Source of the DNA: Fidelibacterota bacterium
Lineage (GTDB): Bacteria; Fidelibacterota; Fidelibacteria; Fidelibacterales; Fidelibacteraceae
Direction of reading: 5' to 3'
DNA: 64,000 nucleotides
Assembly (NCBI GenBank): GCA_030600775.1
Contig: JAUVLI010000001.1
Location: forward strand, 9,230-73,229
Shown: positions 37,327 to 46,918 of the stretch, in pieces
Layout: each line of letters starts with the position of its first letter
How positions within the stretch are numbered: position 1 is the first letter of the stretch
Made by a program: the position numbers and the translations under genes
The notes under the pieces: model-generated
Databases searched by the model: none
Told to the model about the DNA's origin: nothing
What the model saw: only the letters and a program-made list of their open reading frames with translations

Positions 37327-38367
37327 TTATTTCCAAATTTCTTTAAAGGTTTTCTTGTTAAATAAAAAATAATTTAATGCTACGCTTTTATGGTAAAATA
37401 ATTTATCCAATGCCTTATCTTTTACTTTTCTGTTTTGTTGAACTATTTTACGCTTTCCCATTATTAATTTAAAATTGATGACTAGCCATTTATAAGCCAT
37501 GAAAAGTGATTTAATTAATTTTGTGTCGAATGTGATCAATCCTTTTAAAAATGTAATTTTATCTAAAGCTATTCGAGCTGGCAACAAATACAATAAACGA
37601 TGGGTTGAGTAATTTTTTAACATCATAAAAATGCTATTGCGATGATTTAAATATATCTTTTGAAAATTACCTTGTTTAAGTGTTCCACCACCAAAGTGAT
37701 AAATTACCGAATCACTACAAATGCGAATTCGTTTACCTTGCAGTAAAATTCTCCAACACAGATCTATCTCTTCCATGTGCAGAAAAAAATCTTCATCTAA
37801 CAAACCGATATGGTCGAGTACTTCCTTGCGAATGGCAATTGCTGCTCCCGATGCCCAGAAAAGGTCTATATTATCATCATACTGCCCTTCGTCTTTTTCT
37901 ATAGTATTCATTATTCTTCCGCGTAAAAATGGATATCCAAAAACATCCATAAAACCACCGGCAGCTCCGGCATATTCAAAATATTCTCTATTTTTCATTT
38001 GGCGGATCTTTGGTTGGCAGGCGGCAACATTTTCATCTGCTTCAAACTCTTTTATTATCGGTTCAAGCCAATCAGAAGTTACCTCAATATCATTATTCAA
38101 CAATAATATAAATTCACCATTTGCTTTTTCAATTCCAAAATTATTTCCACCGGCATATCCAAGATTTTTGCCACTACCATATACTTTTACAAATGGATAA
38201 TTCTTTCTTACAAAATCAATGCTATCATCGGTAGAATGATTGTCTATCATTATTATTTCATAATTTGGATAAGTGGTTCTCAATAATGAATCAAAAAGTA
38301 CTTTTAAAAATCTTTCACCATTATAATTGGGAATAATTATTGAGATTAACGGTTTGTCTGATTCCAA
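37327..38367 (-). CDS. family 2 glycosyltransferase
   Basis: 346 aa. Contains ISIIIPNYNGERFL, ...DNHSTDDS... and the GT-A DxD region LDEDFF. Confidence 0.85.
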   Translation of the reverse strand: MESDKPLISIIIPNYNGERFLKVLFDSLLRTTYPNYEIIMIDNHSTDDSIDFVRKNYPFVKVYGSGKNLGYAGGNNFGIEKANGEFILLLNNDIEVTSDWLEPIIKEFEADENVAACQPKIRQMKNREYFEYAGAAGGFMDVFGYPFLRGRIMNTIEKDEGQYDDNIDLFWASGAAIAIRKEVLDHIGLLDEDFFLHMEEIDLCWRILLQGKRIRICSDSVIYHFGGGTLKQGNFQKIYLNHRNSIFMMLKNYSTHRLLYLLPARIALDKITFLKGLITFDTKLIKSLFMAYKWLVINFKLIMGKRKIVQQNRKVKDKALDKLFYHKSVALNYFLFNKKTFKEIWK

Positions 38368-38383
38368 TTTATACCTATCAATT

Positions 38384-41050
38384 TTAATTCATTTCTTGTA
38401 TTATTTTATTCCTGAGTATTTTTGCCTGCGAATCACCAGGATTCTTCGTTAACCATTCGTCGAGTAATATCAAAGCCTTATCATATTGTTTTGACTCATT
38501 ATACAATTGATAGAGAAATCCAATTATTTGAGGATCTGTTGGATTTTGCATATAAACTCTTTTTACAATTTCTTCTGCTTTATCGTAGTTGCCAATTTCC
38601 ATATAATACAATTGAGCCGCTCCTAAAATATCTTTTTTTGAAAGATCATCTCTTTTGATGAAATTATCTAATCTAAGAGATAGCTTTGTAGTATCGCCCA
38701 TCATTCCGTATAATCTACCAATTTCCAAATATAATCCTTTATGCTCTATCGGAATGATCTCTTCGGGAATTTTTTCTTCCATATAATTTAAAAGCGTTCT
38801 TGCTTTTTCATATTCATTACTTCTAATAAATCCTACTGCCGCTTGGATAAAACCCGTTCTATAATTTTGCATTAATCTCATAGAATTCGGATTTAGATAA
38901 ACATCCGGATTGTTTAAATTACGGAAACGATAAACATTTCCCAAATCGCCTTCTCTTGATGAATCAGAATATTCAGGAATAAGATTGCTCAAAATTTCTT
39001 CTTTATCTACACGATCAACTTTGTGAGGATATAATTTATAGACCAAACCTTCCATAGCTAAATATTTATCTATACCAATTCTATTGTCGTTTGAAACCGT
39101 TACCGCAAAATAAACCGGTCGCTCCCAATTTGCACCTTTAGCTATTAAAAATATCATTAAATCCTGTACCCTTATTCCACCACCTCCTAAAGTTGGTTCC
39201 ATTTTCCATCTTATCTCTTTTTTGGGATTTAAATTTTCCGGTACGGGAATTCTTACCTCAGAAGTTTTCCAAGCACGCGGTCTTAAAGTTTCAATCTGTT
39301 CATCCGAAATTGGAATATTTATCGTTGGTTTATAATGTTTCATCTGATAAATATACCAAGGTGTGTTCAATAAACTTAAATTTACAACTTTTACATCTGT
39401 TCTAACATTTTCAACTTCTTGCAAATACCAAAGTGGAAATGTATCATTATCTCCATTAGTAAAAAGTATTCCATCTTTATCACATGAATTCAATAAATTG
39501 TAGGCATAATCAGATGCGACATAATTTCCCCATCTCGAATGTTCCTTAAAGTTTGCATTCAGCAAATTCAATGGTAGAATAACAATCAATAATACCGTTA
39601 CACCGATCATTAAGTATTTTCTTAATGAATCGTTTTTTATTTTTTTCTTAATTAATTCTAAAATAGAAGACGCACCTATCCCTATCCAAATCGCAAAAGT
39701 GAAAAACGAACCGACATACGAATAATCCCTTTCTCGCGGTTGAGGATTCGGCTGATTCAAATATAATACAATTGCTAATCCAGTCATAAAAAACAGAGCA
39801 AGTACAGACAAAGCATTGTTTTTATCTTTAGCAAAATGGTAAAACATTCCTATCCATCCAATAATAAATGGTATCATCCACAATTGTGTCGGATCAACAT
39901 TATTTCCTTTTCTACCCATAAACTGCCAATTAAAATATCTAATGTACATTTTCTTTATTTGATAGTTCCAGAAAAAATCTATTGGTCCGGAATATTGGCT
40001 TTTATATTTTGACTCTTCCCACCGTTCCTGCCTACTTGCAGTATATTTTCCATACTGTTCTCTTTCCAAATATGAAACACATTGTTCTACCGTTTCCGGA
40101 TTGTTTTCGTCAATATTCGGGTTTTTTAAAGAACGAATAAATATTATTTGATATGACGAATAACCAATTGTAATCAATATTAATCCGAGTAAACTCAGCT
40201 TGATCCATTTTTGTGCAAAGATATTATTTTTCAATGATTGCCCAACAAGAAGATAAACAAGATAAATTACTATAAAAATCACAAGAAGAGCTAATGGAAA
40301 AGAAACCGCCGCAGGATCAATATTGATCATCCTTGCAATTTTGGGAGCACCTTTAATTATTCCAAGATAAATAATTAAAAACAAACCACCTGTAATTGCA
40401 GATATTCCCAAAAACGAACGCCATTTAAATTTTGAATATTTAAAATAAATGATCAGTGCAATAAACGGCAATGTCAGCAAATTCAATAAATGAATACTTA
40501 TCGCAATCCCCATCACATAAGCAATGATCAAAATATATCTTTCATTGTGAATATTCTTATACTCATCTCTTCTCCATTTTAAAATAAGCCATACTACAAA
40601 TGCAACAAGAAATGTACTAATGGAATAAACCTCAGTTTCTACAGCGTTAAACCATTGACTATCTGTAAAAGCAAAAGTCATGGCACCAATGAAAGCACCA
40701 CCATAATTTATTAATTTATCCGAAAATGTTTTTGTTTGCCCACGAAATTGTTCAATAAACAATACAATTATTAAATATAGAAATAAAATCGTTAGAGCAC
40801 TGGAAATAACAGACATTAGATTCATTCTAAAGGCAATATCTTTACTGAATGGAATTAATGTAAATATCTTACCTAATAATAAAAATAAAGGAGCACCTGG
40901 AGGATGAGGGACTTCTAATTTATACGCACACGCAATAAATTCACCGCAATCCCAAAATGAAACAGTTGGAGCTACTGTCATGAAATAGACAATAAAAGAA
41001 GTTGCAAAAACAATTGCACCGATTGAAAAATTAACTTTATTTTTTATCAT
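38384..41050 (-). CDS. DUF2723-type polytopic membrane protein (GT-C/PMT-like fold) with C-terminal TPR repeats
   Basis: 888 aa. N-terminus ...TVAPTVSFWDCGEFIACAYKLEVPHPPGAPLF is typical of DUF2723. More than 10 TM helices. The C-terminus is TPR-like (...YDKAEEIVKRVYMQNP...YDKALILLDEWLTKNP). Confidence 0.6.
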   Translation of the reverse strand: MIKNKVNFSIGAIVFATSFIVYFMTVAPTVSFWDCGEFIACAYKLEVPHPPGAPLFLLLGKIFTLIPFSKDIAFRMNLMSVISSALTILFLYLIIVLFIEQFRGQTKTFSDKLINYGGAFIGAMTFAFTDSQWFNAVETEVYSISTFLVAFVVWLILKWRRDEYKNIHNERYILIIAYVMGIAISIHLLNLLTLPFIALIIYFKYSKFKWRSFLGISAITGGLFLIIYLGIIKGAPKIARMINIDPAAVSFPLALLVIFIVIYLVYLLVGQSLKNNIFAQKWIKLSLLGLILITIGYSSYQIIFIRSLKNPNIDENNPETVEQCVSYLEREQYGKYTASRQERWEESKYKSQYSGPIDFFWNYQIKKMYIRYFNWQFMGRKGNNVDPTQLWMIPFIIGWIGMFYHFAKDKNNALSVLALFFMTGLAIVLYLNQPNPQPRERDYSYVGSFFTFAIWIGIGASSILELIKKKIKNDSLRKYLMIGVTVLLIVILPLNLLNANFKEHSRWGNYVASDYAYNLLNSCDKDGILFTNGDNDTFPLWYLQEVENVRTDVKVVNLSLLNTPWYIYQMKHYKPTINIPISDEQIETLRPRAWKTSEVRIPVPENLNPKKEIRWKMEPTLGGGGIRVQDLMIFLIAKGANWERPVYFAVTVSNDNRIGIDKYLAMEGLVYKLYPHKVDRVDKEEILSNLIPEYSDSSREGDLGNVYRFRNLNNPDVYLNPNSMRLMQNYRTGFIQAAVGFIRSNEYEKARTLLNYMEEKIPEEIIPIEHKGLYLEIGRLYGMMGDTTKLSLRLDNFIKRDDLSKKDILGAAQLYYMEIGNYDKAEEIVKRVYMQNPTDPQIIGFLYQLYNESKQYDKALILLDEWLTKNPGDSQAKILRNKIIQEMN

Positions 41051-41094
41051 TTTTCCCCTTTTCCATATTTATATAAAATCCCATTTTCTTTACT

Positions 41095-43176
41095 CTATCC
41101 AATAGTTGCATAATTTAACTTATCTTTATTATTTTTCAAAAAGAATTCCTTAAAATCCTTATTGTTTTTATTACTTAAATTTTTATCATTTTTTATTATT
41201 GAAAACGCTGCTAAACGAGCTTTCCGAAGTATTTCTCCATCTTCTATTAAATTTGCTATTTTCAAATCAACCAATCCATGTTGCTTTGCACTAAAAAATT
41301 CTCCCGGTCCTCTCAACTTCAAATCTGCCTCTGATATTTTAAAACCATCTATAGTTCCCTCTAATATACGCAACCTTTCGTTACCTTGTTCCGTATCTTT
41401 TCTACTTACTAAAATGCAATAACTTTTTTCGCCACCACGACCAATTCGTCCGCGCAATTGATGTAACTGTGATAATCCAAATCTCTCTGCATTTTCAATG
41501 ATCATTACCGTTGCATTTGGAATATCGACTCCAACTTCAATAACAGTCGTACTTACCAAAATATCAACTTCGCCAGATTTATATTTTTCAATCACTTCTT
41601 TTTTTTCTAATTTTTTTAATTTACTATGAAGTAACGCTATTTTATAACTACTAAAAATTTTTGATATATTTTCAAATCCCTTTTCAGCAGCTTGTAAATC
41701 CATCTTTTCCGATTCACTTATTAAAGGATAAACAATAAAAATTTGCCTCCCCAAATTTATTTGATTCTTTAGAAAATCATATACCTTCGGTAATTTCACT
41801 TCCTTCACAACTCTTGTAACAATTGGTTTTCTTCCTTTTGGCATTTCATCTATTATTGAAGTATCCATGTCTCCATATACGCTAATTGACAAAGTGCGTG
41901 GTATTGGAGTTGCGGTCATCATTAACACATGTGGATTTATTCCTTTTTTAATAAGCGTCATTCTCTGGTCAACACCGAACCGATGCTGCTCATCAATTAT
42001 TACCAATCCCAATTTTGAATATTTTACCTTTTCTTGTAATAGTGCATGAGTTCCAACAATAATTGGGGTTTTACCGTTAGCAATTTTAGGAAGTATTGTC
42101 TCTCTTTGCTTCTTTGTCTGCTTTCCGATCAATAATTCACAATTAATTCCCCACGGCTTAAAATACCTTTTAAAATTATTGTAATGTTGCTCGGCTAAAA
42201 TTTCCGTTGGTGCCATTATTACCGTTTGGGAATTATTCTCCGTCATTATTGCCGCCGAAATTGCCGCTACAATTGTTTTTCCACTTCCAACATCTCCTTG
42301 TAGCAACCGATTCATTGGTGTTTCTGATCTCAAATCATTGTATATTTCTCTCGCAACTCGTTTCTGAGCATCGGTTAGGTCGAACGGTAATTTATTATAT
42401 AAGTTTGTCGTTAATTCACCTGCCCTCTTACATTGTGCAAAGCATTTTTCACTCTTTATCTGTCTTCGTTTAATTGCCAAAACAGATTGTAACATTAATA
42501 ATTCTTGAAATTTGAATCTGTATCTTGCTTTTTTTAACGTCTCTTTATCTTTTGGAAAATGAATGAATTTCAATCCTTCAAGTAAATCAATTAAGCTGTA
42601 TTTATTTCTAATATCTTGTGGAATAGGATCTGGAATATTATTTGTAATTTCTGTAAATATCTTTTTGAATATTCGGCGAAATTGACGACTGTTCAATCCT
42701 TTTTTTCTCATATCTTCTGTCAAGGCATAAACAGGAACAATAATTCCTGTACTTAAATTTCCTATATGTGCATCCAGCAGATCAAAATCCGGATGTATAA
42801 TATTTAATCCTTTATAGTAATTTACCTTACCACTCACAGACACATTATCACCAATTTTAAATATTTTTTTTATCCAATAGATCCCTGCAAACCAACTCAA
42901 AGTTAGGTAACCGAAATTGTCTTTTATCAGAACTTTTAAAATGGTTTTTCGTTTTGTTTTTGTTGTCCAAACTCTTTCAACTTGACCAATAACAGTGCAT
43001 TCTTCACCGACAATAAGTTGATTCATATCTTTTACATTAGAACGATCTAAGTATTTTCTTGGGAAATAATATAATAAATCTTCTGCATTGAATATTCCCA
43101 TATTTTCCAAAGCTTCTTTCCGCATTTCACCAATATACGGAATAGTTATTATTTTATTTTGTAAATAATTATTCAC
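41095..43176 (-). CDS. recG: ATP-dependent DNA helicase RecG
   Basis: 693 aa. Wedge domain plus helicase motifs LLQGDVGSGKT, DEQHRFG and QLHQLRGRIGRG. Confidence 0.9.
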   Translation of the reverse strand: MNNYLQNKIITIPYIGEMRKEALENMGIFNAEDLLYYFPRKYLDRSNVKDMNQLIVGEECTVIGQVERVWTTKTKRKTILKVLIKDNFGYLTLSWFAGIYWIKKIFKIGDNVSVSGKVNYYKGLNIIHPDFDLLDAHIGNLSTGIIVPVYALTEDMRKKGLNSRQFRRIFKKIFTEITNNIPDPIPQDIRNKYSLIDLLEGLKFIHFPKDKETLKKARYRFKFQELLMLQSVLAIKRRQIKSEKCFAQCKRAGELTTNLYNKLPFDLTDAQKRVAREIYNDLRSETPMNRLLQGDVGSGKTIVAAISAAIMTENNSQTVIMAPTEILAEQHYNNFKRYFKPWGINCELLIGKQTKKQRETILPKIANGKTPIIVGTHALLQEKVKYSKLGLVIIDEQHRFGVDQRMTLIKKGINPHVLMMTATPIPRTLSISVYGDMDTSIIDEMPKGRKPIVTRVVKEVKLPKVYDFLKNQINLGRQIFIVYPLISESEKMDLQAAEKGFENISKIFSSYKIALLHSKLKKLEKKEVIEKYKSGEVDILVSTTVIEVGVDIPNATVMIIENAERFGLSQLHQLRGRIGRGGEKSYCILVSRKDTEQGNERLRILEGTIDGFKISEADLKLRGPGEFFSAKQHGLVDLKIANLIEDGEILRKARLAAFSIIKNDKNLSNKNNKDFKEFFLKNNKDKLNYATIG

Positions 43177-43292
43177 TCTATTTAAGCCATAAAAAATATA
43201 AAATCCACTTCATATTGTAAATTTATAAAACATGAATGATTAATAAAAGAAAAAAGAGATTGTAATTATTGGTGAATTAAAGTTTTGCGATA

Positions 43293-44369
43293 CTACAACA
43301 AAAATATATTATTCTCTTTACAGACATTGCGTATTTCGTCAGTCCATATTGTTGAATGGACTTCACCAATATGCACTTTTCGTAAAAATAACATACATAA
43401 ACGCGATTGACCAATTCCACCACCGATGGTTAATGGTAGCTCGTCATTCAATAATCGTTTATGAAAATATAGATCTTTTTTCCATTCTTCATCTCTGATT
43501 TTCAACTGTTTTAATAGTGAATTTTTATCAACTCTAATTCCCATTGATGATAATTCCATAGAGGTACCCAACAATTCATTCCAAATCAAAATATCGCCAT
43601 TCAGTCCATTAAAACCTTTGGAATTTACTGTTGTCCAATCATCATAATCAGATGCTCTGCCATCGTGTGGCTTTCCATTTTTTAAATTTCCTCCAATACC
43701 AATAAGAAAAATTGCTCCATGTTTTTTACAAGCTTCATCCTCTCTTTCTTTTGAAGTTAAGTTTGGATATTCCTTTTCAAGCTCTTCTGTATGAATAAAA
43801 TGTATCTCTTCAGGAATAAAAGTTTTTGGTAATTGGGGATACTTTTCACAAATAAATTCATCAGTTTCTACTATCGTGTTATAAATCTTTTTAGCAATAT
43901 CTTTCAAAAAATTTATATTTCTTTCTTTATCGGTAATTATTCTCTCCCAATCCCATTGATCAACATAGAGTGAATGAAATTTATCTAAATGCTCATCAGG
44001 ACGGATTGCATTCATGTTTGTATAAAGTCCTTCTCCTACTTGGAAATCATAATCAGCAAGCGCCAATCTTTTCCACTTTGCCAATGACTGCACAATTTCT
44101 GCTTTTTTATCATTAAGATCCAATATTTTAAAATCCACTGGTCGCTCTGTACCATTTAAATTATCATTTATTCCGGTGTCTTTCATTACCATTATTGGCG
44201 CAGAAACTCGTGATAAATTTAATTTTTTTGCTAGATCCTTACGAAAATATTCCTTAATAAAATCTATTGCTTTTTCTGTTGTTTTCAAATCTAAAATTGA
44301 TTTATAGTTTTCAGGTATCAACATTTCATTGTTTTTGAATTTAATCTTTTTTAAATCTTGATCTAGCAT
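43293..44369 (-). CDS. asnA: aspartate--ammonia ligase (asparagine synthetase A)
   Basis: 358 aa. AsnA-type class II aaRS-like core (...LSRVSAPIMV..., GGGIGQSRLCMLFL). Confidence 0.8.
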   Translation of the reverse strand: MLDQDLKKIKFKNNEMLIPENYKSILDLKTTEKAIDFIKEYFRKDLAKKLNLSRVSAPIMVMKDTGINDNLNGTERPVDFKILDLNDKKAEIVQSLAKWKRLALADYDFQVGEGLYTNMNAIRPDEHLDKFHSLYVDQWDWERIITDKERNINFLKDIAKKIYNTIVETDEFICEKYPQLPKTFIPEEIHFIHTEELEKEYPNLTSKEREDEACKKHGAIFLIGIGGNLKNGKPHDGRASDYDDWTTVNSKGFNGLNGDILIWNELLGTSMELSSMGIRVDKNSLLKQLKIRDEEWKKDLYFHKRLLNDELPLTIGGGIGQSRLCMLFLRKVHIGEVHSTIWTDEIRNVCKENNIFLL

Positions 44370-44384
44370 ATTCTCATTTTTTTA

Positions 44385-45197
44385 TTAAGTTGTTTTTTGT
44401 TTGTTTTTATAGAAAATTAATATCAATCCAATAATTACCATAAATATACTTAGTATTTGTCCCATTGTTACCCAGTTGAAAAAAATGAATCCTAATTGTT
44501 TATCCGGTTGGCGAAAAAATTCAATAAATATTCTAATGGAACCATATCCAATCAAAAATGTCCCTGTTTTAATTGCACCGCTTACTTTTTTACGATGTAA
44601 CAAAATCATAATTCCAAATAATACGATCCCTTCTAATAATGCCTCATATAATTGCGATGGATGACGCGGAATATTTCCACCATCAGAAAAAATAACACCC
44701 CAAGGAATATCGGTAGTTCTGCCCCACAGTTCGCCGTTAATAAAATTTCCTACTCGACCAAAAAACAATCCGACAGGAGCAATTGTCATAGTAAATCCTG
44801 CCAAATACAAATATGAAATCTTATGTTTTCTTGTAAAGAAATAACCAAATATCAGACATCCGATCAACCCTCCATGAAAGGACATTCCACCATGCCAAGT
44901 CATTAAAATTTCTATCGGATTATGAAAATAATATAAAAAATTATAGAACAGACAATATCCAATTCTCGCACCAACTATCAATCCCAACATCAATGTCATA
45001 AAAAATGATTCAAATTGATCTGTTGTCATTTTAAGTTGTTTTGTCTTGATCAAATATTTTATCCAATAATTAAAAACAAGAAATCCCAAAACATAAGCCA
45101 GCGCATAATAACGGATCTGAAATCCACCAATTAAAGGCAAAAATTCCGGAAGTTTAAAAATATATGGTTTTAAATTATGTGTCCAATAAAGTAACAT
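44385..45197 (-). CDS. lgt: prolipoprotein diacylglyceryl transferase
   Basis: 270 aa polytopic. Contains GRVGNFINGELWG and HPSQLYEA. Confidence 0.9.
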   Translation of the reverse strand: MLLYWTHNLKPYIFKLPEFLPLIGGFQIRYYALAYVLGFLVFNYWIKYLIKTKQLKMTTDQFESFFMTLMLGLIVGARIGYCLFYNFLYYFHNPIEILMTWHGGMSFHGGLIGCLIFGYFFTRKHKISYLYLAGFTMTIAPVGLFFGRVGNFINGELWGRTTDIPWGVIFSDGGNIPRHPSQLYEALLEGIVLFGIMILLHRKKVSGAIKTGTFLIGYGSIRIFIEFFRQPDKQLGFIFFNWVTMGQILSIFMVIIGLILIFYKNKQKTT

Positions 45198-45216
45198 GTT
45201 TATATCTCCAACTAAT

Positions 45217-46383
45217 TTATTTTAAACAATTATTATAGATATTTTTGACATCATTTTTACTCATCTGTCTTGGTCCGCTGATCTTACCAAATCGATTCCC
45301 ATTGATCTTCATTACCTCTTCTGTGAATGTGTTAATTGCATTGTCAGGTATTCCAAGATCAGAAAATTTGATTTTTCTTCCGAATAGTTCCAACCAATTT
45401 TCTATTGCAATTATCACATCTTCAGTCCTTTCAAGAGAAGAATCAAAAATGGACTTCCCAAAATTAATTATTTTTTCGGATTTTAATTCTGAAAAATATT
45501 CTAAATATCGTGGAAATATCATCGCCAATCCTCGCCCGTGAGAAACATTAAAATGACCACTTAACGGATGTTCTAAGGCATGCATTGGATACGCTCCTTC
45601 TCTACCAGAATCATTAATATCATTCAAAGCCATCACAGCCGACCAAGATAGAATTCCTCTTAACTCCAGATCATTTGGATCCTTAATTATTTTCGGCAAT
45701 ATTTCCACGACAGTTTTCGCAATGGATAGAGAAAATCTGTCATTTAAAGAAGCAAAATCCTTTGTGGTAAAATATGCTTCTATAGCATGAACTATTATAT
45801 CAATTGCTCCGTCAATTAAATAATCTTTCGGAACCGTCAATGTCAATTTTGGATCTATAATTGATATTTTTGGACGAGCGGAATAACAGATAAACGAAAC
45901 CTTTTCTTTTGTTTCATCATTTGTTACAACTCCATAAGGATTGCCTTCTGATCCTGCGGCACTTATTGTTGGTATTGCAATAATTGGCAATGATCTTTTT
46001 ACAGTTTTATTAATATGAACAAAATCCCAAATTGATTTTCCATTTTCGGCAACAATCCCAATTCCTTTTGCAGTATCGATTGCCGAGCCACCGCCAACTC
46101 CGATTATTGCATCTATATTTAAATTCTTAACAAATTTGGCACCGTTATCTATTATTGAAACTGTAGGATTTGGTTTAACCTTATCATAGATGCTAAATTT
46201 TACTTTTGAATCTTTCAAATTTTTTTTTATTCTATCTAATAACCCGCTATTTTTTACACTACCGGATGAACAAACAACAAGAACATTATTAGCAAGCTTT
46301 TTTATTTCCTTTCCAATGCGTTCGACTGAATCTATTCCGAAAATAAATTTTGTTGGTATATGTAAAGTAAAATCTCTCATCAA
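45217..46383 (-). CDS. iron-containing alcohol dehydrogenase family protein
   Basis: 388 aa. Contains GVGGGSAIDTAKG and the conserved His cluster (...HALEHPLSGHFNVSHG). Confidence 0.85.
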   Translation of the reverse strand: MMRDFTLHIPTKFIFGIDSVERIGKEIKKLANNVLVVCSSGSVKNSGLLDRIKKNLKDSKVKFSIYDKVKPNPTVSIIDNGAKFVKNLNIDAIIGVGGGSAIDTAKGIGIVAENGKSIWDFVHINKTVKRSLPIIAIPTISAAGSEGNPYGVVTNDETKEKVSFICYSARPKISIIDPKLTLTVPKDYLIDGAIDIIVHAIEAYFTTKDFASLNDRFSLSIAKTVVEILPKIIKDPNDLELRGILSWSAVMALNDINDSGREGAYPMHALEHPLSGHFNVSHGRGLAMIFPRYLEYFSELKSEKIINFGKSIFDSSLERTEDVIIAIENWLELFGRKIKFSDLGIPDNAINTFTEEVMKINGNRFGKISGPRQMSKNDVKNIYNNCLK

Positions 46384-46564
46384 ATCCTCCTGCTAAATTA
46401 TACTAATTATTATTAATATATAAAATGAAAATATTGAAATATGTTACTATTTTTATAACAAATAAAAAAAAATGATTTTTTGTTTGTGTTTATATTATTT
46501 TTTTGTAGATTTCATTGTTTAGAGTTAAAAATGGAAAAAACCATAAAACAAAGGGGAGAAAACA

Positions 46565-46756
46565 ATGGGAAACAAAAAAGAAGTATTAATTGTTGCATCG
46601 AAATTAAAGAAATACCTAAAAGAAGAAAAAGGGATGCATACTGCAGGAAATGTTCCAGAAGTATTATCAGATGTTGTGCGTGGATTGGTTGATCTGGCTG
46701 TTGAAAAAGCTAAAAAAGATAGACGTAAAACTGTTAAAGACAGAGATTTTAGTTAA
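46565..46756 (+). CDS. singlet histone-fold protein (bacterial histone, DUF1931/HBb-like)
   Basis: 63 aa: MGNKKEVLIVASKLKKYLKEEKGMHTAGNVPEVLSDVVRGLVDLAVEKAKKDRRKTVKDRDFS. Helix-loop-long helix, then the RKTVK.RD loop motif shared with archaeal HMf-type histones and the Bdellovibrio Bd0055 type (from memory). RBS aaaggggag upstream and its own terminator downstream. Confidence 0.6.
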   Translation: MGNKKEVLIVASKLKKYLKEEKGMHTAGNVPEVLSDVVRGLVDLAVEKAKKDRRKTVKDRDFS

Positions 46757-46778
46757 TAAATAATGTAAAAAAAATATA

Positions 46779-46816
46779 AACTTAAAAGGTTTTAATCGAC
46801 CTTTTAAGTTTTTTTC
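46779..46816 (+). terminator. intrinsic terminator after the histone-fold gene
   Basis: Perfect 12-bp stem aacttaaaaggt/accttttaagtt, 8-nt loop, then T5. Confidence 0.8.
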
Positions 46817-46918
46817 AATCTGCATTTAGTACAATTACTATTATAGGAGAATAAGTTTTGTTTATTTTCCTATTTTTTTATAAGCGATTTATTAATGAAT
46901 TTGTAATTAAATCACGGT

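Noticed and set aside
37721-38200. 159-aa plus-strand ORF, plus 37680-37904, antisense to the GT2 gene.
   Set aside because: Shadow ORFs fully inside a well-supported minus-strand gene. They have low-complexity Ser/Pro/Ile composition and no RBS.
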